In this document: piece by piece, positions 9,788 to 17,913 of the stretch
Layout of the letters: every line of letters begins with the position of its first letter
How positions within the stretch are numbered: position 1 is the first letter of the stretch
Source of the DNA: Gammaproteobacteria bacterium
Lineage (GTDB): Bacteria > Pseudomonadota > Gammaproteobacteria > Natronospirales > REEB76
Length of the DNA: 28,148 nt
NCBI GenBank assembly: GCA_027317045.1
Contig: DAHVFI010000303.1
Span: forward strand, 1-28,148
Direction of reading: 5' to 3'
Notes under the pieces: generated by a model
Database searches by the model: none
Seen by the model: the letters and a program-made list of their open reading frames with translations, nothing else
Told to the model about the DNA's origin: nothing
Translations under genes and position numbers: made by a program

Positions 9788-10495
9788 TTATTTTCCCAGG
9801 ACCAGCTGCGCATGGAGCGTGCCCCGGTCGGTATCGGCGGTGATTTCCAGAGGAGCGCCTACAGTGAGTGGTGACGCCAATTTGAGAGTCCAGGCATGTT
9901 GGGCGCCCGGCAGTACATAGTTGCTGGATACCTGCGCCAGCGGCTGGGTCCGATCGTGTGCCTTTAGTATCCACTTCAGGATTTGCGCGTGCGCATTGCC
10001 AATATTGACGGCGCTCACTTGCAGTTCAGTCGCTGTCAGTCGCTTTGCCGACCATTTCAGTGCAGGCTCGGTATCCATCGCCGGCTCCACAAACACCGGG
10101 ATCCCCACGCGTAACGCGATCTGCACGCCGCGGAAACCCGGAGTGGGTACCGGCGGCACTTCAGTCAGGAACAAGCGATAGCAGGTTTCTTGCTTGGCAT
10201 CCGGTTTAGTACGCATGCCCACGCGCACCACCTGCCGATTCCCCGGGGCAATCGTGAAAATCGGCGGCGTGGCCAGGAGGTTGCGGCTGGGCGTATACAC
10301 GTCCTTGCCATCCTCCTGGGACCACGCCACGATCTGCAGCTGCACTACTGTGGGAGTGTCGCTGCTATTGATCACCCTCAATACATCGGTGGACCGATCG
10401 GCGGAGAGCGTCAGGCGCACGGGATTCACCTGGAATGAAGCTGCTTGCGCCCATAGGGGCATGAGCAACAACATCAAGATCAAAATCCGGCGCAT
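9788..10495 (-). CDS. Periplasmic fimbrial chaperone (CsuC-like)
   Basis: Signal peptide, SFQVNPVRLTL, ATPPIFTIAPGNRQVVRV, ETCYRLFLTEVP, IPVFVEP, NIGNAH and YVLPG. Confidence 0.95.
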   Translation of the reverse strand: MRRILILMLLLMPLWAQAASFQVNPVRLTLSADRSTDVLRVINSSDTPTVVQLQIVAWSQEDGKDVYTPSRNLLATPPIFTIAPGNRQVVRVGMRTKPDAKQETCYRLFLTEVPPVPTPGFRGVQIALRVGIPVFVEPAMDTEPALKWSAKRLTATELQVSAVNIGNAHAQILKWILKAHDRTQPLAQVSSNYVLPGAQHAWTLKLASPLTVGAPLEITADTDRGTLHAQLVLGK

Positions 10496-10528
10496 GACGA
10501 TACCCCGCGTTTGACACGATGCCTGTTA

Positions 10529-11047
10529 TCAGAAGTTTACAGTAACCGTAATGGTGTCACTGTAGCTGCCCACCGGCGCATTCTGTCCCGCCGGAAGCTG
10601 GCCGTACACCGTGTAGGTTTGCTGGTTAGCGACGCCTGGACCCGCGCCTGTGCCGCTGTCGCAGTTGTTGCCGGCAACACAGGTGCTGTTCCAAACCTTG
10701 GTGTAACCGCTGTCGACATACAAGTTGTAATTGAGGGTATCCGTGCCGGCATCTTGCATGATGCGGTTGGCCGCGGTGCCACCATGAATGCCATAATCGA
10801 GAGCAACGGTGTACGGTGAACCCTTGGTGCAATTCACATTGATGGTGCTGGTACCCGCCAGGGCGGTGGCAGCATTGGGGTCGTAGGCTCCAAACCCCAG
10901 GGCACCAACGGAATTGATCACGCAGGACGAAATCACATTCGCGGTCACCGCGAAGGTGCTGGTCGTAGTACCCGCACGGGCCGTTACGCTGGCGATGGCC
11001 AGGATGGCGATGCCGGTGATGGCGAAGGTGCGTATAAGCTTCAACAT
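10529..11047 (-). CDS. Major Csu-type pilin (CsuA/B-like, spore coat U domain) with donor strand
   Basis: Signal peptide ..ARA, donor-strand-like GTTTSTFAVTANVISSC, FGAYDP, INVNCT, LNYNLY, VYGQLPAGQ and GSYSDTITVTVNF. First gene of the operon, with SD GGAG. Confidence 0.93.
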   Translation of the reverse strand: MLKLIRTFAITGIAILAIASVTARAGTTTSTFAVTANVISSCVINSVGALGFGAYDPNAATALAGTSTINVNCTKGSPYTVALDYGIHGGTAANRIMQDAGTDTLNYNLYVDSGYTKVWNSTCVAGNNCDSGTGAGPGVANQQTYTVYGQLPAGQNAPVGSYSDTITVTVNF

Positions 11048-11115
11048 GACATTTCTCCAAAATGATTGAGGGTGGTTACAAAAGTTATTTCACATAAACA
11101 ACATGGTTACAGCAG

Positions 11116-11142
11116 GGCCACCCACCTCCGTGTTGGGCGGCC
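11116..11142 (-). promoter_or_regulatory. Leader hairpin carrying a consensus CsrA/RsmA site
   Basis: Minus strand GGCCGCCCA-ACACGGAGG-TGGGTGGCC; ACACGGAGGT (11124-11133) matches (A/U)CANGGANG(U/A) with GGA in the loop. Confidence 0.6.
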
Positions 11143-11232
11143 TTGGTCCCTGCACCCTTTCGGGTATTTCCCAGACCCCTTGGGGATTTCCCTAAGAAGG
11201 TGTCTAAGAATTTCTCCTACATTCATACCCAA

Positions 11233-11247
11233 GCAAGCCCTATGCCA
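11233..11247 (-). promoter_or_regulatory. sigma54 (-24/-12) promoter of the pilus operon
   Basis: Minus strand TGGCAT-AGGGC-TTGC(T) is an exact TGGCAY-N5-TTGCW match oriented toward the major pilin. Predicted TSS about 11221. Confidence 0.8.
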
Positions 11248-11307
11248 ATTCACTTGGCCCAAGCATTCCAGGCTTGTTAAGTGTTTCGATGCGCCCTTTC
11301 GATAGCT

Positions 11308-11330
11308 GAACCGACAAAAATTGTCAGTTC
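11308..11330. promoter_or_regulatory. Palindromic candidate enhancer (UAS) for a sigma54 activator
   Basis: GAACCGACAA-AAA-TTGTCAGTTC (9/10 inverted repeat) centred about 98 bp upstream of the predicted sigma54 TSS. Confidence 0.5.
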
Positions 11331-11452
11331 TTCATCAAAAATCTAGCCACAAGTGACACATTGCGGGCACTTGATACGCTGCTTTTGGAGGAACGTCAAG
11401 GAAAGCTTTGTGTGAGGGATATTCTTAATTTACATAAAGTTACGAATGGAAG

Positions 11453-12433
11453 CTAACCTGCTGCACAAAGTTCAAGCTGCCCGCCACCAGTGTCCAATGT
11501 ACCGACCAATTCGGCAACCGTCTGGAGACGATGCCGCGCGAGATAATCGGCGATGCCGGCGTTGAGTTTCTTGCAGACTAACGGGTCGTAGAACAAGGCT
11601 GTTCCCACCCCGATCGCCGCGGCACCGGCCACCAGGAATTCCAGGGCATCACTGACAGTGGTGACCCCCCCCTGGCCGATGATGGGGACCTGATGGGGCC
11701 GCGCGACCTGATAGACCTGGTGCACCTTGAGGAGGGCGATGGGTTTGATAGCCGGACCCGAAAGGCCCCCTTGGACGTTGCCGATGACCGGTCTGCGGGT
11801 TTCCGGGTCAATGGCCATGCCCATGAGCGTGTTGATGACCGCCAAACCGTCGGTGCCGGCCTCGATGCAGCGCCGGGCGTTATTCGCAATGTCCGTCTGG
11901 TTGGGAGAGAGCTTGGTGATCAGCGGCTTTTTGGTAACCCCGCGACAGGCGGCCACCACCCGTGCCGACATATCCGGGTCATTGCCGAAGGCCACGCCGC
12001 CGTGCTTCACATTCGGACAGGAGATGTTGATCTCCATGGCATCAATGGGCGAATCATCGAAGCGTCGCGTGACTTCCGCGTATTCCTCCAGTGTTGAACC
12101 CGAAACATTGGCGATGAAGCGGGTCTCGGAAAAATCCAGCGTCGGCAGGATTTTTTTCACCACGTGATCCACCCCGGGGTTCTGTAGACCGATGGCGTTC
12201 AACATGCCCGCCGGAGTTTCATAAATGCGGTGGGCTGGATTGCCGAGACGCGGTTTCAGGGTGGTGCCTTTAAGGCACACGGCGCCGGCGTCGCGGTTGG
12301 AAAACCCGGCCACGCGCGTATATTCTTCGCCGAACCCCACACACCCCGATAACAGCACCAGCGGCGAATTGAACTTGAGACCACAGAAGTCGGTTTTCAG
12401 AGAATCGGGAAGAGTGTGCTCTCCATCGTCCAT
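11453..12433 (-). CDS. pyrD: Dihydroorotate dehydrogenase, class 1 (cytosolic, 1B-like catalytic subunit)
   Basis: KGTT, MLNAIGLQNPG, EINISCPNVKHGG (catalytic Cys), KLSPN, INTL, GGLSGPAIKPIAL, IIGQGG and GVGTA. No N-terminal membrane anchor. Confidence 0.92.
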   Translation of the reverse strand: MDDGEHTLPDSLKTDFCGLKFNSPLVLLSGCVGFGEEYTRVAGFSNRDAGAVCLKGTTLKPRLGNPAHRIYETPAGMLNAIGLQNPGVDHVVKKILPTLDFSETRFIANVSGSTLEEYAEVTRRFDDSPIDAMEINISCPNVKHGGVAFGNDPDMSARVVAACRGVTKKPLITKLSPNQTDIANNARRCIEAGTDGLAVINTLMGMAIDPETRRPVIGNVQGGLSGPAIKPIALLKVHQVYQVARPHQVPIIGQGGVTTVSDALEFLVAGAAAIGVGTALFYDPLVCKKLNAGIADYLARHRLQTVAELVGTLDTGGGQLELCAAG

Positions 12434-12448
12434 ACGCGCCCCTGATTA

Positions 12449-12913
12449 ATGTTGTACGTCGTCCTTTACCAGCCGGAAATTCCGCCCAACACCGGCAATA
12501 TCATACGCTTGTGCGCCAATTCAGGCGCCACCTTGCACCTCATTCAGCCACTGGGTTTCGACCTTTCCGAGGCGCGGGTAAAACGTGCCGGCCTCGATTA
12601 TCGGGACATGGCCTGCGTACATGAGCATGCCGATCTGGATGCTTTTATGAAAAAGGTGATGCCTGCGCGGCTGTTTGCCGTCTCCACCCGCGGCCGTTAT
12701 CGCTACACACATGCAAAATTTCAAGCGGGCGATGCCCTCCTGTTCGGACCGGAAACCCGTGGTCTGCCGCAGACGATGTTGGCTTGCCTGCCGCCGGAAC
12801 AGCGGCTGCGGATTCCCATGCGGCCCGATAACCGCAGCCTGAACCTCTCCAACGCCGTGGCGGTAGTGGTGTACGAAGCCTGGCGGCAATTGGGATTTGA
12901 AGGCGGAAATTGA
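12449..12913 (+). CDS. trmL: tRNA (cytidine/uridine-34 2'-O)-methyltransferase
   Basis: [39 protein letters not shown] and [19 protein letters not shown]. Confidence 0.97.
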   Translation: MLYVVLYQPEIPPNTGNIIRLCANSGATLHLIQPLGFDLSEARVKRAGLDYRDMACVHEHADLDAFMKKVMPARLFAVSTRGRYRYTHAKFQAGDALLFGPETRGLPQTMLACLPPEQRLRIPMRPDNRSLNLSNAVAVVVYEAWRQLGFEGGN

Positions 12914-12936
12914 ATCAGCCCGGGATACCGCCGTGT

Positions 12937-13941
12937 CTATGATTCTGACCGGAGCGCACGCGTCATCAGGGCCTCGACCGCAGCCCGCGGTGCCAAACCT
13001 TGATGCAGGATGCGGTAGATCTGCTCGGTAATGGGCATGTCCACGCCGAGCCGGCGGGCCAGATGGTGCACGGCGGCGGCGGCATACACGCCTTCCACGA
13101 CTTGGCCGATGTCATGCTCGATGCCTTTCACCTCTTTGCCGGCGGCCAATGCCAGGCCCATGCGGCGGTTTCGCGACTGATCGTCGGTGCAGGTGAGTAC
13201 CAAGTCCCCCAAACCGGCCAAGCCCTGAAAGGTTTCGACGCGTGCGCCGAGTTTCAAACCCAGGCGCGTAATTTCCACCAAGCCGCGGGTAATGAGCGCG
13301 GCGCGCGCGTTGGCGCCGAATTTCAAGCCATCACTGATGCCGCAGCCGATGGCGATGATGTTCTTGACTGCGCCGCCCACCTCCACGCCGGTCAGGTCGT
13401 CGGAGGTGTAGGCGCGAAAACTGCTGCTGTGAAGGTTTCCCGCCAAGTCCTTGGCAAATTCCGCATCATTCGAGGCCACGGTCACCGCCGTGGGCATACC
13501 AGCGGCCACTTCGCGTGCAAAAGTCGGGCCGGAGAGTACCGCCAGCGGCAGTTGTTCACCCAGGACTTCACCTGCCACCTGGTGCAACAGTTTGCCGGTG
13601 TCGTGTTCGAAACCTTTGGTGGCCCAAGCGAGACGCAGATTTTCCGGTGGTAGGGCAGCCAGCAGCTTCAAGGTGGCGCGGAAACCATGACTGGGCACCA
13701 CCACCAGCACATCGCGAACCACGGCCGAGAGTTTTTCCAGTTGCGGTTCGATCACCAGTGTGTCGGGGAAACGGATACCCGGCAGATATTGGCGATTCTC
13801 GCGTTCCGCCATGAGCGGGACCAACTCATTCGTATCCACCGACCATAAACGCACGCTCTGACCATTGTGTGCCAACAGGATCGCAAGCGCCGTACCCCAG
13901 GAACCGGCGCCGAGAATACCGATGGGAGCCGCAGCGTTCAC
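12937..13941 (-). CDS. gpsA: NAD(P)H-dependent glycerol-3-phosphate dehydrogenase
   Basis: GAGSWGTALA, ATKG, LSGPTFAREVA, GVEVGGAVKNIIAI, GLGDLVLTCTDDQSRN and VVEG. GTG start. Confidence 0.97.
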   Translation of the reverse strand: MNAAAPIGILGAGSWGTALAILLAHNGQSVRLWSVDTNELVPLMAERENRQYLPGIRFPDTLVIEPQLEKLSAVVRDVLVVVPSHGFRATLKLLAALPPENLRLAWATKGFEHDTGKLLHQVAGEVLGEQLPLAVLSGPTFAREVAAGMPTAVTVASNDAEFAKDLAGNLHSSSFRAYTSDDLTGVEVGGAVKNIIAIGCGISDGLKFGANARAALITRGLVEITRLGLKLGARVETFQGLAGLGDLVLTCTDDQSRNRRMGLALAAGKEVKGIEHDIGQVVEGVYAAAAVHHLARRLGVDMPITEQIYRILHQGLAPRAAVEALMTRALRSES

Positions 13942-13955
13942 GGCCGGGCGTGAAC

Positions 13956-14447
13956 CTAAGCCGGAATGGCCGCATCACCCCGTTGGGCGGCGGCCTGTTC
14001 GATGCTTTGCATATAGACGGCGTCGAAGTTCACCGGCTGCAGTAATAACGTCGGCATTCCGCCTTTCTGCACCAGGTCCGAGACCGCCTCACGCGCGTAA
14101 GGGAACAGGATGTTGGGGCAGTAGCTGCCGAGCACCGCTGCCGTTTCCTGATCGTTGAAACCACGAATGTTGAACAAACCGGCCTGGTGCACTTCCACCA
14201 GAAAAATGCTGCGGCTTTCTGCCTGGGCCTCAATGGTAATGGTCAACACCACCTCGAAGTTGTCGTCCCCCAACTTGTTGGTATCGGAGCGCATATTCAC
14301 TTTCACGTCCGGGTTGACCGGCGTGGCAAATACCGCGGGTGCGCGCGGCGATTCAAAGGAACAATCTTTTATATAGATACGTTGCAGCGCCACCTGTTTG
14401 CCGGCGGCTTCTTCAGTATTGTTGGGAATAACGGGGGTGTCAGCCAT
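13956..14447 (-). CDS. secB: Protein export chaperone SecB
   Basis: QRIYIKDCSFESP, FLVEVHQAGLF and CPNILFPYARE..SDLV.KGG.P.LLLQPVNFDAVY. Confidence 0.98.
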   Translation of the reverse strand: MADTPVIPNNTEEAAGKQVALQRIYIKDCSFESPRAPAVFATPVNPDVKVNMRSDTNKLGDDNFEVVLTITIEAQAESRSIFLVEVHQAGLFNIRGFNDQETAAVLGSYCPNILFPYAREAVSDLVQKGGMPTLLLQPVNFDAVYMQSIEQAAAQRGDAAIPA

Positions 14448-14480
14448 GATGGTTCCTTGAATATTGAAAGTCGCGGTAAC

Positions 14481-14735
14481 TCAATCGGCGAGCAGCGTAT
14501 CCAGCCCACCCTTGCGGTCGAGAGCGTAGATCTCGTCGCAACCGCCGACATGCTGCTCGCCGATGAAAATCTGCGGCACGCTGCGGCGGCGGCTTTTGTT
14601 TTCCATTTCCTCGCGCCTGGCCGGATCCATATCCACCAGAAACTCGGTGTACGCCACGTGTTTGGATTGCAGCAAGGCCTTGGCGCGCATGCAATAGGGG
14701 CAGACGCGGGTGCTGTAAATGGTGACGGGTTTCAT
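14481..14735 (-). CDS. grxC: Glutaredoxin 3
   Basis: CPYC active site, SVPQIFIG and VGGCDE. Confidence 0.96.
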   Translation of the reverse strand: MKPVTIYSTRVCPYCMRAKALLQSKHVAYTEFLVDMDPARREEMENKSRRRSVPQIFIGEQHVGGCDEIYALDRKGGLDTLLAD

Positions 14736-14750
14736 AACTTACTGTTTGCC

Positions 14751-15173
14751 TCAACCACGTTCCAGCGGGAAATGCTCGTTCTGCCAAGCCCTGATACCGC
14801 CCTTGAGGGTATGCACGGCCTTGAAGCCGTGCTTTATAAGAATGCCTGCGGCCCTTTGGCTGGTAGGCCCGGTGTCGCAGTAGATGATCAGCGGCTGTTC
14901 CTTGAATTTATCCAGTTCCGTCACCCGGCTATCCAGTTCGGCCGCGGGAATGTTGCGGGCGCCGATCACATGGCCGTCGTCGAAGTCTTTGGACGGGCGA
15001 ATGTCCAGTACCGCAGCACCTTTATTAATGAGGAATACACTTTCCGCCGGCGCCAGCTCCCGGTACTTGCGCAGGCGACGCAGGACCTCATCACCGATGA
15101 ACAGCAAGATGATAAGGAGGGCGGCGGCAATGAGATAGGGGTGGTGACCCACGAATTCAAGCACACGTAACAT
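14751..15173 (-). CDS. yibN: Membrane-anchored rhodanese-like protein (YibN type)
   Basis: From ATG 15173: MLRVLEFVGHHPYL plus a TM helix, LDIRP..DF..GHVIGARNIP, IIYC and LKGGIRAW. Conserved yibN-grxC-secB-gpsA order. Confidence 0.88.
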   Translation of the reverse strand: MLRVLEFVGHHPYLIAAALLIILLFIGDEVLRRLRKYRELAPAESVFLINKGAAVLDIRPSKDFDDGHVIGARNIPAAELDSRVTELDKFKEQPLIIYCDTGPTSQRAAGILIKHGFKAVHTLKGGIRAWQNEHFPLERG

Positions 15174-15204
15174 GGATGCAGTGGAGGTCGCGCAAAGGGG
15201 GCGT

Positions 15205-15213
15205 AGTATAACA
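15205..15213 (-). promoter_or_regulatory. Extended -10 promoter for the yibN-grxC-secB-gpsA operon
   Basis: Minus strand TG-T-TATACT about 30 bp upstream of the yibN ATG. Confidence 0.55.
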
Positions 15214-15357
15214 GTTGACGCACAAGCCTTTGAGGGGCTGGATAAATCGCCTAGAATCACCGCGAAATCCGCGCCGGGAACCATCCATGTCAGCCCGCCT
15301 GCAGCAGCTCATCTGCATTGCCTGGCGCACAGCCTGCCGCCGGCCTTGCTTTTGCCC

Positions 15358-16521
15358 ATGACACGCGCACTGACGCTCGCCGCATTCGGCACGTTGCTGC
15401 TTCTCAGCATTGCGGTACCAGCCGCCGCCGGCGACGCCGCCAAGCAGGCGCAACTCAGGGAGCTGCGCGCGCGTATCACCCAGGTGCAGTCCAATCTGGA
15501 CCGCGACATCCAGCGGCGCAGCAAGATGCAGTTGGAGTTGCGTGCCAGCGAGCGGCAGATCGCGCAACTGAGCGGGCGCCTGCATGACCTAAATCTTTCC
15601 GTCAGCCAGGCACAATCACACCTCGACGCTCTGCAGCGCGAACAGGCGCAGAAGCAGGTGACGCTTGCAGCCCAGAAAGATGCGCTCGCAAAGCAAATCC
15701 GGGCCGCATATATGCAAGGCCGGGATTCGCAGTTGCAGCTGCTGTTGAACGCCCAGGATCCCGCCACTATCAGCCGGCTGCTGGCCTATTACGATTATTT
15801 CAACAAGGCACGGGCGGCGCGCATCCAAGCGGTGCGTGAGCAACTTGATGCCCTCGCAAAAATCAACGCCCAGGTTCAGCAACAGGTAACGCGGCTTTCG
15901 AATTTGCGCGCTCAGCGGGCACAAGCGCTGGCCAAGCTGGAACAGAACCGCACGGCACGCAAACAAGCGCTTGTACAGCTCAATGCCAGCATCCACACCC
16001 ACAGCCAGAAACTTGTACGCATGCAGCGCGACGCGCGCACCATTGAGGATTTGCTGGCGAATCTACAACAGACCCTGGCGGACATACCCGCAGATCTGGA
16101 AGGACACCATCGCTTTGCCAGCCTGCGCGGCCGTTTGCCCTGGCCGGTCTTCGGCCGGGTTATCCAGCACTTCGGCGAGCCGCTGGCCGCTGGCCGGTTG
16201 CGTGCCACGGGTGATTTGATCGCCGCACCGTTGGGCACACCGGTACGCGCCGTATCGTACGGGCGTGTGGTGTTCGCCGATTGGCTGCCGCATTTTGGCC
16301 TGCTGGTGATCATTGACCACGGCGACGGCTACATGAGCATCTACGCCCATAATCAGAGTGTCTATGCGCACGTGGGCGACTGGGTGCAGATGGGTGAGAC
16401 CATCGCCACTCTCGGCGACAGCGGCGGTCAGAATCAACCGGCGCTGTATTTTGAAATCCGCCATCGCAATGTGGCGCTCAGCCCTCGAGAATGGTGCCGC
16501 GGACATCTGCCGCGGGGATAA
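15358..16521 (+). CDS. envC: Murein hydrolase activator EnvC (coiled coil plus degenerate M23 domain)
   Basis: Signal peptide from ATG 15358, long coiled coil, LKLLLN-like LQLLLNAQDP, LRGRLPWPV, VVFADWL..FGLLVIIDHGDGYMSIYAHNQ and LYFEIR. Confidence 0.92.
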   Translation: MTRALTLAAFGTLLLLSIAVPAAAGDAAKQAQLRELRARITQVQSNLDRDIQRRSKMQLELRASERQIAQLSGRLHDLNLSVSQAQSHLDALQREQAQKQVTLAAQKDALAKQIRAAYMQGRDSQLQLLLNAQDPATISRLLAYYDYFNKARAARIQAVREQLDALAKINAQVQQQVTRLSNLRAQRAQALAKLEQNRTARKQALVQLNASIHTHSQKLVRMQRDARTIEDLLANLQQTLADIPADLEGHHRFASLRGRLPWPVFGRVIQHFGEPLAAGRLRATGDLIAAPLGTPVRAVSYGRVVFADWLPHFGLLVIIDHGDGYMSIYAHNQSVYAHVGDWVQMGETIATLGDSGGQNQPALYFEIRHRNVALSPREWCRGHLPRG

Positions 16522-16587
16522 TCGGGGCGCCGCGTGCTATCTTGACCGCGTAGTTCAGCAGGCTGCGCACAGCCGGAGAATATCTGC

Positions 16588-17913
16588 ATGTCCGCCACTC
16601 TCCCCAAGTCTGTCGCGTTTATATTCGGTTCCCTGCTGGGTGTCGTACCCGGCATCATGGCACCCGCAGTCGCAGCGCCGCCGGCGGCACCCGCCGCAAC
16701 AACACCAACGCAAGCCCCGCTGCCCTGGCAACAGGTGCGGCTGCTCGCCGATGTGATGCAACTGGTCAAGGAAGATTACGTGCAGCCGGTGGACGACAAC
16801 ACGCTTATCAACAACGCCATCAGTGGCATGCTGGCGGGGTTGGATCCGCATTCCGCATTTCTGGATAAGAGCGATTACCAGCAAATGCAGATCATCACCA
16901 GCGGACAATTCGGCGGCTTGGGACTGGAAGTCACCCAGCAAGCCGGGGCGGTGGTGGTGATCTCGCCGATTGACGGCACCCCCGCCGCCCAAGCCGGTAT
17001 CCAGACCGGCGACATCATCCTGCGGGTTAACGGTATCAGCCTGGACGGCATGAGTCTCGACAATGCCGTCGCACTCCTGCGCGGCAAGCCCGGCACCGCC
17101 GTTACCCTCACCATCCTGCGCCACGGCGTGGCCAAGCCCCTGGACTTCAAACTCACGCGCGCCGAAGTGCACATGGCGAGCGTGCGCGGCCGCCTGCTGC
17201 AACCGGGCTACGGTTACGTGCGCATCAGTCAGTACAGCGAGGACACCGGTACTGGCGTGATACAGGCGGTGCAAACTCTCGTTAAACAAAACCACGCGCC
17301 CCTCAAGGGCTTGATTCTGGATCTGCGCAATAATCCCGGCGGCCTGGTGGATGCGGCGGTGGACGTGTCCAATGCGTTCCTCAACAGCGGCATCATCGTC
17401 ACCGCCAAAGGCCGTGCGCCGGATTCCAACTTCGTGCGCCGTGCCACGCCCGGCGACATACTTTCAGGCGCACCGCTGGTGGTGCTGGTGAACGGCGGCA
17501 CCGCCTCGGCGGCGGAGATCAACGCCGGTGCGCTCCAGGATAATCACCGCGCGTTGATTCTCGGCACCCAGACCTTCGGCAAGGGTTCGGTGCAGACCGT
17601 GATTCCGTTGCCGGAAGGCACCGCCATCAAACTCACGACCTCCCTGTATTACACGCCGTCGGGCCATTCCATCCAGGCGGAAGGCATCAAGCCGGATATC
17701 GTGGTGCCGGAGTTCAATGTGGCGGTGTCCAATGACGCCAATCAAAACCTTGCGGAATCCAATCTGCAGGGACATCTTGCCAACAATGCACCGACGCCGG
17801 AAGCCGCCTCCGGCACGTCTGCCGCTGTACGGCTGGCACAGCAGGATTTTCAGCTGTATGAAGCCCTCAATATCCTCAAGGGGCTGAGCCTCACCGCCGG
17901 CGGTCCCGGATGA
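16588..17913 (+). CDS. ctpA: S41 carboxy-terminal processing protease with PDZ domain
   Basis: LDPHSAFL, FGGLGLEV, PAAQAGI, LDLRNNPGG, GGTASAAEI.AGALQD, TFGKGSVQ and YYTPSG.SIQ..GI.PD. Confidence 0.95.
   Translation: MSATLPKSVAFIFGSLLGVVPGIMAPAVAAPPAAPAATTPTQAPLPWQQVRLLADVMQLVKEDYVQPVDDNTLINNAISGMLAGLDPHSAFLDKSDYQQMQIITSGQFGGLGLEVTQQAGAVVVISPIDGTPAAQAGIQTGDIILRVNGISLDGMSLDNAVALLRGKPGTAVTLTILRHGVAKPLDFKLTRAEVHMASVRGRLLQPGYGYVRISQYSEDTGTGVIQAVQTLVKQNHAPLKGLILDLRNNPGGLVDAAVDVSNAFLNSGIIVTAKGRAPDSNFVRRATPGDILSGAPLVVLVNGGTASAAEINAGALQDNHRALILGTQTFGKGSVQTVIPLPEGTAIKLTTSLYYTPSGHSIQAEGIKPDIVVPEFNVAVSNDANQNLAESNLQGHLANNAPTPEAASGTSAAVRLAQQDFQLYEALNILKGLSLTAGGPG

Noticed and set aside
11135-11185. Partial likeness of the pilin leader to the c-di-GMP-I (GEMM) riboswitch (GGGAAA..GAAA..GGGAC.CAAGGCC)
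   Set aside because: The P2 internal loop is the wrong size and no tetraloop receptor or P1 is seen. An Infernal search against the c-di-GMP-I model would settle it.
11191-11221. CTAAGAA direct repeat and TCTAAG-N7-CCTACA GacA-like box
   Set aside because: The spacer is one base too long and the site lies downstream of the sigma54 promoter; too weak to call.
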